Assembly: GCF_000009705.1 (NCBI RefSeq)
Contig: NC_003272.1
Coordinates: 2,250,001 to 2,282,000 of the forward strand
DNA: 32,000 nt
Direction: 5' to 3'
Source of the DNA: Nostoc sp. PCC 7120 = FACHB-418
GTDB taxonomy: Bacteria > Cyanobacteriota > Cyanobacteriia > Cyanobacteriales > Nostocaceae
Under the pieces are notes generated by a model. That model was not told the DNA's origin. It ran no database searches and saw only the letters and a program-made list of their open reading frames with translations. Shown one piece after another: positions 9,596 to 21,639 of this stretch. Each line of letters starts with the position of its first letter. Position 1 is the first letter of the stretch. A program made the position numbers and the translations under genes.

Positions 9596-11176
9596 ATGTC
9601 TAAGGTTCTCGTCTCCGATCCTATTGACCAGGCTGGCATTGACATTCTCTCGCAAGTCGCTACTGTTGATGTCAATACAGGTCTCAAACCAGCAGAATTA
9701 ATAGAAATTATTGGTCAGTATGACGCGTTAATGATTCGTTCTGGTACGCGCGTCACTCAAGAAATTATTGAAGCAGGTACACAACTGAAAATCATCGGTC
9801 GTGCCGGTGTGGGTGTGGATAATGTAGATGTTCCGGCTGCTACTCGTCGAGGAATTGTTGTTGTCAATTCTCCTGAGGGGAACACTATCGCCGCCGCCGA
9901 ACACGCCTTGGCGATGATGCTGTCATTGTCTCGCCACATCCCCGATGCTAACGCTTCCGTGAAACGCGGTGAGTGGGATCGTAAAACTTTCGTAGGTGCG
10001 GAAGTTTATAAAAAAACTTTAGGGGTTGTCGGTTTAGGCAAAATTGGTTCCCATGTGGCGGCTGTTGCTAAAGCAATGGGGATGAAATTGTTAGCTTACG
10101 ATCCTTTCATTTCCACTGAACGGGCCGAACAAATTGGCTGTCAGTTAGTAGATTTAGATTTGCTGATGCAGCAATCTGACTATATTACCCTGCACATTCC
10201 CAAAACCCCAGAAACCACCCACATCATCAACGCCACCACTCTGGCGAAAATGAAGCCCACCGCCCGGATTATCAACTGCGCCCGTGGGGGCATTATTGAT
10301 GAAGCAGCCTTAGCCGCAGCGATTAAAGAAGGGAAAATTGCTGGGGCGGCGCTGGATGTGTTCGAGTCGGAACCACTGGGTGAATCAGATTTAAGAGCGA
10401 TCGGTAAAGATATCATTCTTACCCCCCACTTAGGTGCATCCACCACAGAAGCCCAGGTGAATGTAGCTATTGACGTAGCTGAACAAATCCGCGATGTACT
10501 TTTAGGTTTACCCGCACGTTCCGCCGTCAACATCCCCGGACTCGGCCCCGATGTGTTGGAAGAACTAAAACCCTATATGCAGTTAGCGGAAACCTTGGGT
10601 AAGTTGGTAGGACAGCTAGCAGGTGGGCGGGTAGAACTACTCACTGTCCGCTTACAAGGGGAACTCGCTACTAACAAGAGTCAGCCTTTAGTAATTGCTT
10701 CCCTCAAAGGATTACTACACCAAGCCCTACGGGAACGAGTAAACTACGTCAACGCCAACATAGAAGCCAAGGAACGGGGAATCCGGGTTATTGAAACCCG
10801 CGACGCTTCCGCCCGTGACTATGCTGGTTCCCTACGCCTGGAAGCGACAGGAACCTTAGGTACTCATTCCGTGACCGGCGCATTGCTAGGCGATAAGGAA
10901 ATTCACCTCACCGACGTTGACGGCTTCCCGATTAACGTCCCACCAAGCAAATACATGGTGTTTACCTTGCACCGTGATATGCCAGGAATCATTGGCAAAC
11001 TCGGTTCCTTACTGGGCAGCTTTAATGTCAATATTGCCAGTATGCAGGTAGGGCGGAAAATCGTCCGTGGTGATGCCGTTATGGCTCTCAGCATTGATGA
11101 TCCTTTACCAGATGGCATTTTAGCGGAAATCACCAAAGTACCCGGCATTCGGGACGCGTATACAGTAACACTATAG
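9596..11176 (+). CDS. serA: D-3-phosphoglycerate dehydrogenase (long form with C-terminal ACT domain)
   Basis: 526 aa. It has the NAD-binding motif GVVGLGKIGSHVA, the catalytic R..E..H context (NCARGG, LTPHLGAST) and a C-terminal ACT-like regulatory segment. Confidence 0.93.
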   Translation: MSKVLVSDPIDQAGIDILSQVATVDVNTGLKPAELIEIIGQYDALMIRSGTRVTQEIIEAGTQLKIIGRAGVGVDNVDVPAATRRGIVVVNSPEGNTIAAAEHALAMMLSLSRHIPDANASVKRGEWDRKTFVGAEVYKKTLGVVGLGKIGSHVAAVAKAMGMKLLAYDPFISTERAEQIGCQLVDLDLLMQQSDYITLHIPKTPETTHIINATTLAKMKPTARIINCARGGIIDEAALAAAIKEGKIAGAALDVFESEPLGESDLRAIGKDIILTPHLGASTTEAQVNVAIDVAEQIRDVLLGLPARSAVNIPGLGPDVLEELKPYMQLAETLGKLVGQLAGGRVELLTVRLQGELATNKSQPLVIASLKGLLHQALRERVNYVNANIEAKERGIRVIETRDASARDYAGSLRLEATGTLGTHSVTGALLGDKEIHLTDVDGFPINVPPSKYMVFTLHRDMPGIIGKLGSLLGSFNVNIASMQVGRKIVRGDAVMALSIDDPLPDGILAEITKVPGIRDAYTVTL

Positions 11177-11186
11177 GAGTCAGTAA

Positions 11187-11230
11187 TCAGGAGTCAGAAG
11201 TCAGCAGAAATTATTTCTCCTGACTCCTGA
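11187..11230 (+). terminator. Hairpin after serA
   Basis: tcaggagtcag (11187..11197) pairs with ctgactcctga (11220..11230), giving an 11-bp perfect stem with a 22-nt loop. The downstream U-tract is only moderate. Confidence 0.4.
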
Positions 11231-11254
11231 ATTCTGGATTCTCAATTTTCAAAA

Positions 11255-12175
11255 ATGGCAAACACTTGGTGGGAACTACAGATTTCATGTGAATCGGCGC
11301 TAGAAGACTCTGTTTCTTGGCGACTGGAAGATTTTGGTTGTCGTGGTACAGCTAGCGAAAGTAAGGGTGATTCTTGCTTAGTTAAGGGTTATTTGCCGAT
11401 ATTTCAAGCACAGTTATTAGATTTAGCGGCGCTGGGGCTATGGTTGCAACAAGATGCCCTGTGTATAGGATTATCTTCTCCTACCTTGACTTGGCAGCTA
11501 ATTGATGAGGAAGATTGGGCGAGTAGCTGGAAACAATATTGGCATCCCCAGGAAATAGGCGATCGCTTTCTCATCAACCCCGCATGGCTACCATCACCGG
11601 AAAACTCCGATAGGTTAATCATCCGCCTCGACCCTGGCGTAGCATTTGGTACAGGAAACCATGCTACTACTCAATTATGTCTAGAATCCCTAGAAATGAG
11701 ATTGAGTGAGGTTCCCAAATCGTTTATCAGTAAAGGAGGGAACCAAGAACCTGTCATAATTGCGGATATTGGCTGCGGTTCTGGTATCCTTTCGATTGGG
11801 GCAGTTTTATTAGGCGCACAGAAAGTTTATGCAGTAGATACCGACCCTTTAGCTGTGCAGTCAACCTTCAGCAATCGCGCCCTCAACGAAGTAAACCCAG
11901 AACGCCTAGTACCAGCAGAAGGTAGCGTAGATATCTTAAAGAAACTGATTGAACGCCCGGTAGATGGTATTGTTTGCAATATTTTAGCTGATGTCATTAT
12001 TCAATTAGTCCCAGAAATCAGCGAGATATCTAAACCTAGCACTTGGGCTATTTTTAGCGGGATTTTAGTTGAACAATCTACCTCTGTTGCTGAGGCTTTA
12101 GAAAAACACGGTTGGGTAGTCGCTACTATGTGGAAACGCAAAGAATGGTGCTGCTTAAATGTCAGGCGTACTTAA
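11255..12175 (+). CDS. prmA: Ribosomal protein L11 methyltransferase
   Basis: Contains the PrmA motif [15 protein letters not shown] and the SAM-binding motif [10 protein letters not shown]. Confidence 0.88.
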   Translation: MANTWWELQISCESALEDSVSWRLEDFGCRGTASESKGDSCLVKGYLPIFQAQLLDLAALGLWLQQDALCIGLSSPTLTWQLIDEEDWASSWKQYWHPQEIGDRFLINPAWLPSPENSDRLIIRLDPGVAFGTGNHATTQLCLESLEMRLSEVPKSFISKGGNQEPVIIADIGCGSGILSIGAVLLGAQKVYAVDTDPLAVQSTFSNRALNEVNPERLVPAEGSVDILKKLIERPVDGIVCNILADVIIQLVPEISEISKPSTWAIFSGILVEQSTSVAEALEKHGWVVATMWKRKEWCCLNVRRT

Positions 12176-12338
12176 ATTATCAAAAATTGTGAATTTATTC
12201 CCTTAGCCAACAGGAGACAAAATTCGTGAATAGAGTGAGAGTGATGAGGTTCCGTCAACTATCGCTTTCTCTCATTTAATATCATGCTGTTTCCGTTAAA
12301 ATATATAAATATGTCTTTCCTCTGGGCATGGCAATTTT

Positions 12339-12665
12339 ATGACACTTCAGAAGTTAGAATCACAACTACTTGCCTTGACACCAAACGAGAAAGCACAGGC
12401 AATTCAGTTACTTGCTCAAAGTTTGGGCAACCCTTGGCGAGGGATTGAGAAAACTGCCTATGTGTGTGGTGGGGATGCGTGTATTACCGGAACCCGTATT
12501 CCTGTTTGGGTTTTAATTAATGCGCGTAGGTTAGGTATTAGTGAAGCTCAACTTTTGAAAGACTATCCCACTTTATCTGCAACTGACTTAACTAATGCTT
12601 GGGTTTATGCCACAGTATACCCAGAAGAAATTGAAACAGCCATTCGGGAAAATGAAGAAGACTAA
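12339..12665 (+). CDS. DUF433-domain protein (antitoxin-like partner of DUF5615 PIN-like toxins)
   Basis: 108 aa. The core GGDACITGTRIPVWVL...Y..LS..DL..A..Y is the DUF433 signature. Confidence 0.75.
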   Translation: MTLQKLESQLLALTPNEKAQAIQLLAQSLGNPWRGIEKTAYVCGGDACITGTRIPVWVLINARRLGISEAQLLKDYPTLSATDLTNAWVYATVYPEEIETAIRENEED

Positions 12666-12688
12666 TGGCTCGTTTATATGCAGATTAA
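12665..12688 (+). pseudogene. 7-codon remnant (MARLYAD*) of a DUF5615 / Mut7-C PIN-like toxin gene
   Basis: The ATG overlaps the DUF433 stop by 1 nt (TAATG), which is the usual coupling in DUF433-DUF5615 pairs. As I recall them, intact partners begin M.RL(Y/L)ADEN...; here the frame stops after 7 codons. Confidence 0.4.
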
Positions 12689-12749
12689 ATGCCTGATAGC
12701 TTAGATTGATTTGAACATTCAATCTCTCTACCTAATAATAATTAATATG

Positions 12750-12775
12750 TAGAGATGCAAAAATTTGCATCTCTA
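12750..12775. terminator. Bidirectional hairpin between the DUF433 locus and the convergent thioredoxin gene
   Basis: tagagatgcaaa (12750..12761) pairs with tttgcatctcta (12764..12775), a near-perfect 12-bp palindrome in an AT-rich context, 13 nt from the trx stop. Confidence 0.55.
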
Positions 12776-12787
12776 ACTTAATCTTGA

Positions 12788-13105
12788 CTAAACGAAACTT
12801 TGCAAACGCCGTACTAAATCGGGCGTTTGCAATACACCTTCAATTCGATCTACTGGTTTACCTTGTTTGAATAATACCAGTGTTGGTAGAGCTGCAATTT
12901 GATACTGAGTTGCCAACTCTGTGTATTTTTCTGTGTCAATTTTGACAATTCGTATGCGGTCTTTAAGTTGATTGTTTACTTGTTGTAAAATTGTCCCCAT
13001 CATCTGACAGGGGCCACACCAGTCAGCATAAAAGTCTACTAAAACAGGTAAATCAGAACCAGATAGCATCTCTTCAAAGCTGTTGAATTGTTTTTTCTCA
13101 GTCAT
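12788..13105 (-). CDS. Thioredoxin
   Basis: Has the WCGPC active site and a ~105-aa thioredoxin-fold length. The ATG at 13105 (MTEKKQF) is preferred over the GTG at 13114. Confidence 0.9.
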   Translation of the reverse strand: MTEKKQFNSFEEMLSGSDLPVLVDFYADWCGPCQMMGTILQQVNNQLKDRIRIVKIDTEKYTELATQYQIAALPTLVLFKQGKPVDRIEGVLQTPDLVRRLQSFV

Positions 13106-13414
13106 GTGACACACACCATTTTTATTGATTGAATCTAATATTAATGTCTGCTTTCTAGAAATGGTGTAACGTTATTTTGTTTTTATTGTTGCTAAACTTT
13201 GCATCTCTTTCTTAAGGTATATGTACTGGGGATTAGGGATTGAGAGAGTTGGTTATTTTGTAGTCAAGTTTCTTTGTGCAATTTGCAATTTCGTCGCCAG
13301 AACCACTAGGATATAAGCGAATTTTGAATCTCTGATCAGACCAACGATAGATAAGCAGAAACTAGATACAGCAAGTAGTTCCTCAACGAAAATCTAAAAT
13401 CCAAAATGGTATGA

Positions 13415-14233
<819 letters not shown>

Positions 14234-14324
14234 TGAGTGCTGAGTACTGAGTGAGGAATCAGGAGCCATTATTTCTTAATTTTGAATTTTGAATTTTGAA
14301 TTGATTGCCCCCTGCTCCCAACCA

Positions 14325-15419
14325 TCAGGACTGCTGACGGATTCTTTGCCAGACTGTAAAGCCAAGCAGCAGAATAATACTGATGGCCGTGGTAACTATG
14401 ACCATCACGCTCATCCCTTGGACTCTCATTGCCAGTAAGTTGCACACCAAAGTGATTGACCACAAGGTAAATGCAGCATGACGTTGGGAAAATCCCCAAT
14501 CGAGTAAACGGTGGTGTAGGTGGTCTTTGCCGGGGGTACTCAAGGGGTTTTTACCTGCTAGCAGCCGTCGAATAAACACTTGGGTTGTGTCCAATACTGG
14601 CAACAGCAAAAATAAAACGGTGGGGCCAAGAGCAAATATAGTATTTCTTTGCAGGCTACCTAAAATACTAGTTGCGGCTAGCACGTAACCGAAAAAGTAC
14701 GCCCCAGCATCACCCATGATGATTTTTGAGGGATGGAAGTTGTGACGCAAAAAGCCTAAAGCCCCACCACCTAAAGCAGCCAGAACTAAGGTAGCCGCAG
14801 CCTTATTAGGGAATTGGGCAGATACGCCTAACAAACTCATGGCAGTGATAAAACTAATGCCTCCTGCCAATCCATCCATCCCATCCATCAAGTTGACGGC
14901 ATTGGTAATACCCACAACCCACAGCACAGTCAGCAACATTGAGAGAATGGAGTCGATGGGTGTGCCGAAATCCACATCAACGACAATACCGTTAGCAACT
15001 AGTAATAAAGCTGTGATAATTTGCGTCCACAACCGTACAGAGGGGGGTAATCCGAACTGATCGTCAATAAAGCCGATCAAGACTAGGATCGAACCCCCTA
15101 GTAAAATAGTCAATACCTGAGCTAAAACGTTTTGTAGCTCAATGGGTCGCAAAAGGCTAGCTAACACCAATGCGGCAATTACTCCCGCATAAATGGCTAA
15201 ACCCCCTGCATTCGGCAACGGTTCTCGATTGAGTCGTCGGGCATTTGGTTGGTCAGCCCAACCCACCCGCAAGGCAAATTTACGTATCGTGGGAATCAAA
15301 CGCCACGTTACCAACCAAGCCAACATAAACGTGAATACTACTGCCAACCAGCCGGAACCGCTAGGGTCAGCAATGCCTATAGACCTAAGGGAGTTGTAGA
15401 TATTCATCTCCCAATTCAA
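14325..15419 (-). CDS. Family-4 glycosyltransferase (MraY/WecA-type polyprenyl-phosphate sugar-1-phosphate transferase)
   Basis: About 10 TM segments, with the NAVNLMDGMDGLA and GDAGAYFFG motifs of the MraY/WecA family. The alternative ATG start is at 15407. Confidence 0.82.
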   Translation of the reverse strand: MNWEMNIYNSLRSIGIADPSGSGWLAVVFTFMLAWLVTWRLIPTIRKFALRVGWADQPNARRLNREPLPNAGGLAIYAGVIAALVLASLLRPIELQNVLAQVLTILLGGSILVLIGFIDDQFGLPPSVRLWTQIITALLLVANGIVVDVDFGTPIDSILSMLLTVLWVVGITNAVNLMDGMDGLAGGISFITAMSLLGVSAQFPNKAAATLVLAALGGGALGFLRHNFHPSKIIMGDAGAYFFGYVLAATSILGSLQRNTIFALGPTVLFLLLPVLDTTQVFIRRLLAGKNPLSTPGKDHLHHRLLDWGFSQRHAAFTLWSITLVCNLLAMRVQGMSVMVIVTTAISIILLLGFTVWQRIRQQS

Positions 15420-15507
15420 CCATTACTGCCAGTATCCTACATGAGCATCAAGTGTATATTAATCAATTTTTTTTACTTCCACACATGATCTAAAGTTTTT
15501 GATGTTC

Positions 15508-17249
<1,742 letters not shown>

Positions 17250-17308
17250 GAAGAGGCAGGGAGCAGGGGGCAGGGAGCAAGGGGGAAGAAGTGACTGCAA
17301 GATTTTCG

Positions 17309-17343
17309 CCCAGTACCCAATCCCCAATCCCCAGTACCCAATA
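17309..17343. repeat. STRR-type heptamer repeats (CCCAGTA/CCCAATC)
   Basis: cccagtacccaatccccaatccccagtacccaat, preceded by a G-rich cagggagcagggggcagggagc block. Confidence 0.7.
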
Positions 17344-17353
17344 GCCAAACATT

Positions 17354-17413
17354 AGGGGCAACTTCTCTGCGATCGCCTGCTTCTTTGCAGGTAAACCCAG
17401 GGAAGTTGCCCCT
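17354..17413. terminator. Long hairpin between the convergent groEL and heme oxygenase genes
   Basis: aggggcaacttc (17354..17365) pairs perfectly with gaagttgcccct (17402..17413). The 36-nt loop contains a HIP1 site and a small cctgc/gcagg sub-hairpin. Confidence 0.5.
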
Positions 17414-17475
17414 TTAATTTACGAAAATTTACACCAATTCATCAAAATTCAGAAATCTTGAATTTTGCATTGGTA

Positions 17476-18192
17476 TTACTCAGCAGTGGCTAGTTCGGTA
17501 GCGCCGCGTGTGCGCTTGCGAGTCAAGGTGTTGAACAGCATCATGCCGATTGCCTTGATGAGGTTCCCTTCTAGTTCTTGGAACATTTTCATGTTCATAC
17601 CAAAAGCGGCGTTAGCTTCATCAACAATGCGATCGCCTGTCGCTTCATCAATTGCCAACTCATCTAATGTTTGACGATATTTAGCCTTAAAAGCTTTCTC
17701 ATCAGAAATATCTGCGAACTCATAAAATGCAGTTCCTTGCCCATCATTCAAATTCATCGCTGTCACAGCAATGTTTTTGAGAATTTGTCCCCCGGATAAA
17801 TCACCTAAATAACGGGTGTAAGAGTGGGCAATCAACAATTCTGGTTCGGTTGCAGAGATTTCCCGAATGCGTTGTACGTAAGCTTCACCTGCTGGCGACA
17901 GTTGAATTTGTTCCCGCCAGTTAGCGCCGTAATAGTAACTCAGGTCTTGCTCTAGAGTCTGCTTACGATTCAGTTGGGAAAAGTTTATTTTAGAAACAAT
18001 TGGGTGCTGGCTATGCTTTTCCATCTCCTCTTCCATTGCGGAGTAGACGTAGTAGAAGTTGGCCACTAGCTTCCGGTAAGAGCTTTTTTCTACCACTCCT
18101 TTTAAGAAGCATTTGACAAAACCTACATTTTCTGCCATTGTGTGGGCTTTTTTCGTACCTACACGTAGTTTGTTTGCTAAATTGCTGCTCAT
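17476..18192 (-). CDS. ho1: Heme oxygenase 1
   Basis: 238 aa. LANKLRVGTKKAHTMAENVGFVKCFLKGVV is the canonical HO-1 proximal-helix region. Confidence 0.93.
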   Translation of the reverse strand: MSSNLANKLRVGTKKAHTMAENVGFVKCFLKGVVEKSSYRKLVANFYYVYSAMEEEMEKHSQHPIVSKINFSQLNRKQTLEQDLSYYYGANWREQIQLSPAGEAYVQRIREISATEPELLIAHSYTRYLGDLSGGQILKNIAVTAMNLNDGQGTAFYEFADISDEKAFKAKYRQTLDELAIDEATGDRIVDEANAAFGMNMKMFQELEGNLIKAIGMMLFNTLTRKRTRGATELATAE

Positions 18193-18704
18193 ACTAAATT
18201 TCTCAACCTTAAAAGGTCAACTGCCAGAGTTTTAAATTACGGACGGCTAAAAAATGCCACTAAAACGTAACATTAGAACTATTTGATGAGAATTTATATT
18301 AATATTTTTTAAGTAACTAAAATTTGTACTTTTGTTAAGTAAATATCAAATCAAGCCAGTAAAAATGCCAATACCAAGAAAAATTTTGCGGGGAGAGCCG
18401 CATTCAGAGAAATGTGATCGCTGGAGCAAACCGTGGAATTTATGAGACTTCTGTAAAGTTGTCAAGTAGTACTGGCGACTATTGAAGTCAGGAGTTAAAC
18501 TGAAGAGCATTAAAACTCAGTAAATAAAATCTTCATAAAATATTGACAATGCCATCATTTTTTTAAGTAATTTCACTTAAGCAAAACGTGAAAAATAAAT
18601 TTGTTTTTCAAAGAAAAATAACTATCATAAAAGCAAATCAAAAAAGTCTTGACTCTTAGTTATTTAATAGAGTGGAAATTTACGTGAGTTTGATAGGAAC
18701 TGGT

Positions 18705-18830
18705 GAGACAGCGCTGCGGGAAGGTTTCCCTTTCTACTTGACGCTGCGCGTAGCTTGCTTCTCCATTCGCGGAGCTTTCCGCAGGCGACTGCGTTTCGCT
18801 GTTCGCGGAGCGTTCCGTAGGGAAGAGTAT
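18705..18830. repeat. GC-rich repeat island inside a 748-bp AT-rich intergenic region
   Basis: Internal 20-nt direct repeat ttcgcggagctttccgcagg (18766..18785) and ttcgcggagcgttccgtagg (18802..18821), 18/20 identical. Composition changes abruptly relative to the flanks. Confidence 0.55.
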
Positions 18831-18940
18831 CCAAAGGGGAATTGGCAACTGGGTTGTTTACTCAGCACTCAATCCTTAAAATCTGCCGAACTGGCCTTAA
18901 AGTAATAATTCTTAGTGTGATGTGAGGGGTGTTTAAAAAT

Positions 18941-20413
18941 ATGGTTTCATCTATAACTCGGATTCAGAACTACGTAATAGATGGTGCAGCTACATCCAAT
19001 GGATTAGAAACAGTCCTTGAGAGCAACTTTGCACCCAGTTTAATATCCCTACCAGCAACACCTCTGTTTGGTACAGATGGTATTCGTGGCAAAGTAGGGG
19101 AATTACTGAGTGCGCCTTTAGCGTTGCAAATTGGTTTTTGGGCAGGCGTAGTTTTACGTAATCATGCTGATCAATTAGGGCCAGTAATCTTAGGACAGGA
19201 TTCCCGTAACTCTAGTGATATGTTGGCGATGGCTTTGAGTGCAGGGTTAACCGCAGCCGGGCTAGAAGTTTGGTATTTAGGTTTATGTCCTACTCCTTGC
19301 GTGGCTTATTTAACTAGTATGAGTGAAGCCATTGGCGGCGTGATGATTTCTGCTAGTCATAACCCTCCCGAAGATAACGGGATTAAAATTTTTGGTGCTA
19401 ATGGTGGTAAGTTATCCCAGGCTTTACAGGCAGAAATTGAAAAAGGTCTGCGGGGAAATCTGCCAATTACAAGTAATGTCAGTAATTGTGGACGGCATTA
19501 CTCACGTTGGGAATTGGTGAAGAATTACGGCGAAGCTTTAAAACGACCCTGGCAAAATAAAGTGAATCTTCAGGGAATGAAGGTTGTGCTGGATTTAGCT
19601 TGGGGTGCAGCCGTGGGATTAGCACCATCAGTATTTGCAGAGATGGGGGCAGAAGTTATTTCCCTGCATAATGCCGCAGATGGCGATCGCATCAACGTTA
19701 ACTGCGGCTCCACCCACCTAGAAATGTTGCAAGCGGCTGTGCAAGAACACAACGCCGATTTAGGTTTTGCCTTTGATGGCGATGCCGATCGCGTTTTGGC
19801 TGTAGATCCCACAGGTCGTCCTGTAAATGGCGACTATATCCTGTACCTGTGGGGATTGTACCTCAAACAACAAAACCAACTCCCAGACAACTTGATTGTT
19901 TCCACAGTCATGGCAAACCTGGGCTTTGAGAAAGCTTGGCAGCAACAGGGTGGTAAATTAATTCGCACCGCCGTTGGCGATCAATATGTGCAAGCAGAAA
20001 TGATCAAAACTGGGGCAATGTTGGGAGGTGAACAATCAGGACACATCCTGTGTAGCCATTATGGAATGACTGGGGATGGCTTGTTAACAGCCTTACACTT
20101 GGCAAGTTTGGTCAAACAATCTGGTGTTTCCTTAGCCGAATTGATAGACCAAAGCTTCCAGACCTATCCCCAATTATTGCGGAACGTGCGAGTTGTAGAC
20201 CGCGATCGCCGCCTGAGTTGGCAAAACTGCACACCAGTACAACAAGCGATCGCTCTTGCCGAGAAAGCAATGGGTGATACTGGTAGAATTTTAGTTCGGG
20301 CATCCGGTACGGAACCCGTCATCAGAGTCATGGTAGAAGCCGCCAACGCCGAACTAGCTAACTATTGGACAAATGAACTAGTAGCCCAAGTACAACAACA
20401 CCTAGCGCCATAA
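18941..20413 (+). CDS. glmM: Phosphoglucosamine mutase
   Basis: Has FGTDGIRG, the active-site serine loop SASHNP, FDGDADR and GEQSGH. The ATG at 18941 is preferred over the GTG at 18929. Confidence 0.9.
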   Translation: MVSSITRIQNYVIDGAATSNGLETVLESNFAPSLISLPATPLFGTDGIRGKVGELLSAPLALQIGFWAGVVLRNHADQLGPVILGQDSRNSSDMLAMALSAGLTAAGLEVWYLGLCPTPCVAYLTSMSEAIGGVMISASHNPPEDNGIKIFGANGGKLSQALQAEIEKGLRGNLPITSNVSNCGRHYSRWELVKNYGEALKRPWQNKVNLQGMKVVLDLAWGAAVGLAPSVFAEMGAEVISLHNAADGDRINVNCGSTHLEMLQAAVQEHNADLGFAFDGDADRVLAVDPTGRPVNGDYILYLWGLYLKQQNQLPDNLIVSTVMANLGFEKAWQQQGGKLIRTAVGDQYVQAEMIKTGAMLGGEQSGHILCSHYGMTGDGLLTALHLASLVKQSGVSLAELIDQSFQTYPQLLRNVRVVDRDRRLSWQNCTPVQQAIALAEKAMGDTGRILVRASGTEPVIRVMVEAANAELANYWTNELVAQVQQHLAP

Positions 20414-20478
20414 CTGAGTTCGACACTTCCCATTCTTGAGGCAGAGGGGCAGAGGGCAGGGGAGGCAGGGGGAGAAGT

Positions 20479-20552
20479 CCCCAATCCCCAATCCCCAGTC
20501 CCCAATCCCCAGTCCCCAGTCCCCAATCCCCAATCCCCAGTCCCCAATCCCC
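20479..20552. repeat. STRR1-type heptamer array, 10 full units of CCCCAAT/CCCCAGT
   Basis: A perfect 7-bp period runs from 20479 to 20548 with a partial 11th unit. It is preceded by a G-rich ggcagaggggcagagggcaggggaggcaggggg block. Confidence 0.9.
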
Positions 20553-20590
20553 AAAAATTTTGAATTGATTCATCGCCCAGACTACTGAGT

Positions 20591-21637
20591 ATGATTAACA
20601 TTGACGGTTCCTACGGCGAGGGAGGCGGGCAAGTCCTCCGCACTTCCCTGAGTTTAGCCGCCATCACTGGTGAACCCATACGTATTGCCGGCATTCGCGC
20701 CGGACGCAGGAAGCCAGGATTAGCAGCACAACACTTAACAGCAGTGCGTGCGGCGGCGAGAATTTGTCATGGGGAATTGCAAGGTGATGCTTTAGGTTCC
20801 ACGATGCTGGAATTTATACCTGGTGGTGGGGTAAAAGCAGGAAATTATATTTTTGATGTCAGCGAAGTACAGCAAGGTGGTTCGGCTGGGGCGATTACTC
20901 TGGTTTTGCAGACAATTCTCTTACCTTTAGCTTTAGCAGATGGTGATTCTCATATCACCTTACGGGGTGGAACTCATGTCATTTTCAGCCCCACAGTCAC
21001 CTACATTGAGCGAGTATATCTGCCAATGTTATGTCGCATGGGAATCAAGGCACAAGTTAAGTTAGGTGCTTGGGGATGGTATCCCAGGGGTGGGGGAGAA
21101 GTCAATTTACAGGTGAAGGGAGGCTGTCAACTCTGCGGTCTTAACTTGCTGGAAAGGGGAGAATTAAAGCGGGTACAAGGACTAGCTGTGGCGACAGAAT
21201 TACCTGCACATATACCCCAGCGCATGGCAAATCGGGCTGAGAATTTGTTACGTACAGCAGGTTTGCGGGTATCTATGCAGGCGTTACGTGAAAAAGGTGT
21301 TGCACCAGGGGCGGGGATTTTTTTAACGGCTGAGTATTGTAATAGTTTGACGGGTTTTGGTGGCTTTGGACGTTTGCGATTGTCTTCTGAAAAAGTAGCA
21401 GAGATTGCTTGCGGACAACTATTACAATTCCATGAAACTGGCGCACCAGTTGATGAACACCTAGCAGATCAATTATTATTACCGGCGGTTCTGGCTTCCG
21501 AGTCCAGTCAGTATAAAGTGGCTGAGGTGAGTACACACTTAACAACTAACGCCGCAGTCATTGAAAAGTTTGGCTTAGGAAAGATTACCGTCAATCAAGC
21601 AGAAAGGGTAGTGGCGATCGCCTCTAGTAAAGTTTAA
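20591..21637 (+). CDS. rtcA: RNA 3'-terminal phosphate cyclase
   Basis: [24 protein letters not shown] and GLAAQHL match RtcA. The C-terminal LADQLLLP...STHLTTN holds the nucleotidylated-His motif. Confidence 0.9.
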   Translation: MINIDGSYGEGGGQVLRTSLSLAAITGEPIRIAGIRAGRRKPGLAAQHLTAVRAAARICHGELQGDALGSTMLEFIPGGGVKAGNYIFDVSEVQQGGSAGAITLVLQTILLPLALADGDSHITLRGGTHVIFSPTVTYIERVYLPMLCRMGIKAQVKLGAWGWYPRGGGEVNLQVKGGCQLCGLNLLERGELKRVQGLAVATELPAHIPQRMANRAENLLRTAGLRVSMQALREKGVAPGAGIFLTAEYCNSLTGFGGFGRLRLSSEKVAEIACGQLLQFHETGAPVDEHLADQLLLPAVLASESSQYKVAEVSTHLTTNAAVIEKFGLGKITVNQAERVVAIASSKV

Positions 21638-21639
21638 TC

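Noticed and set aside
18660-18905. ORFs on both strands over the GC-rich island, and the idea of a glmS-type ribozyme or riboswitch upstream of glmM
   Set aside because: The ORFs are driven by the repeat and overlap each other, with Arg/Ala-rich composition. The glmS ribozyme precedes glmS (not glmM) in mainly Gram-positive bacteria, and I see none of its conserved core.
20358-20601. Two overlapping − strand ORFs encoding [13 protein letters not shown]-type peptides
   Set aside because: They are translations of the STRR heptamer array (7 bp is not a multiple of 3, so all frames stay open). They sit in the glmM/rtcA intergenic region and have no independent coding signal.
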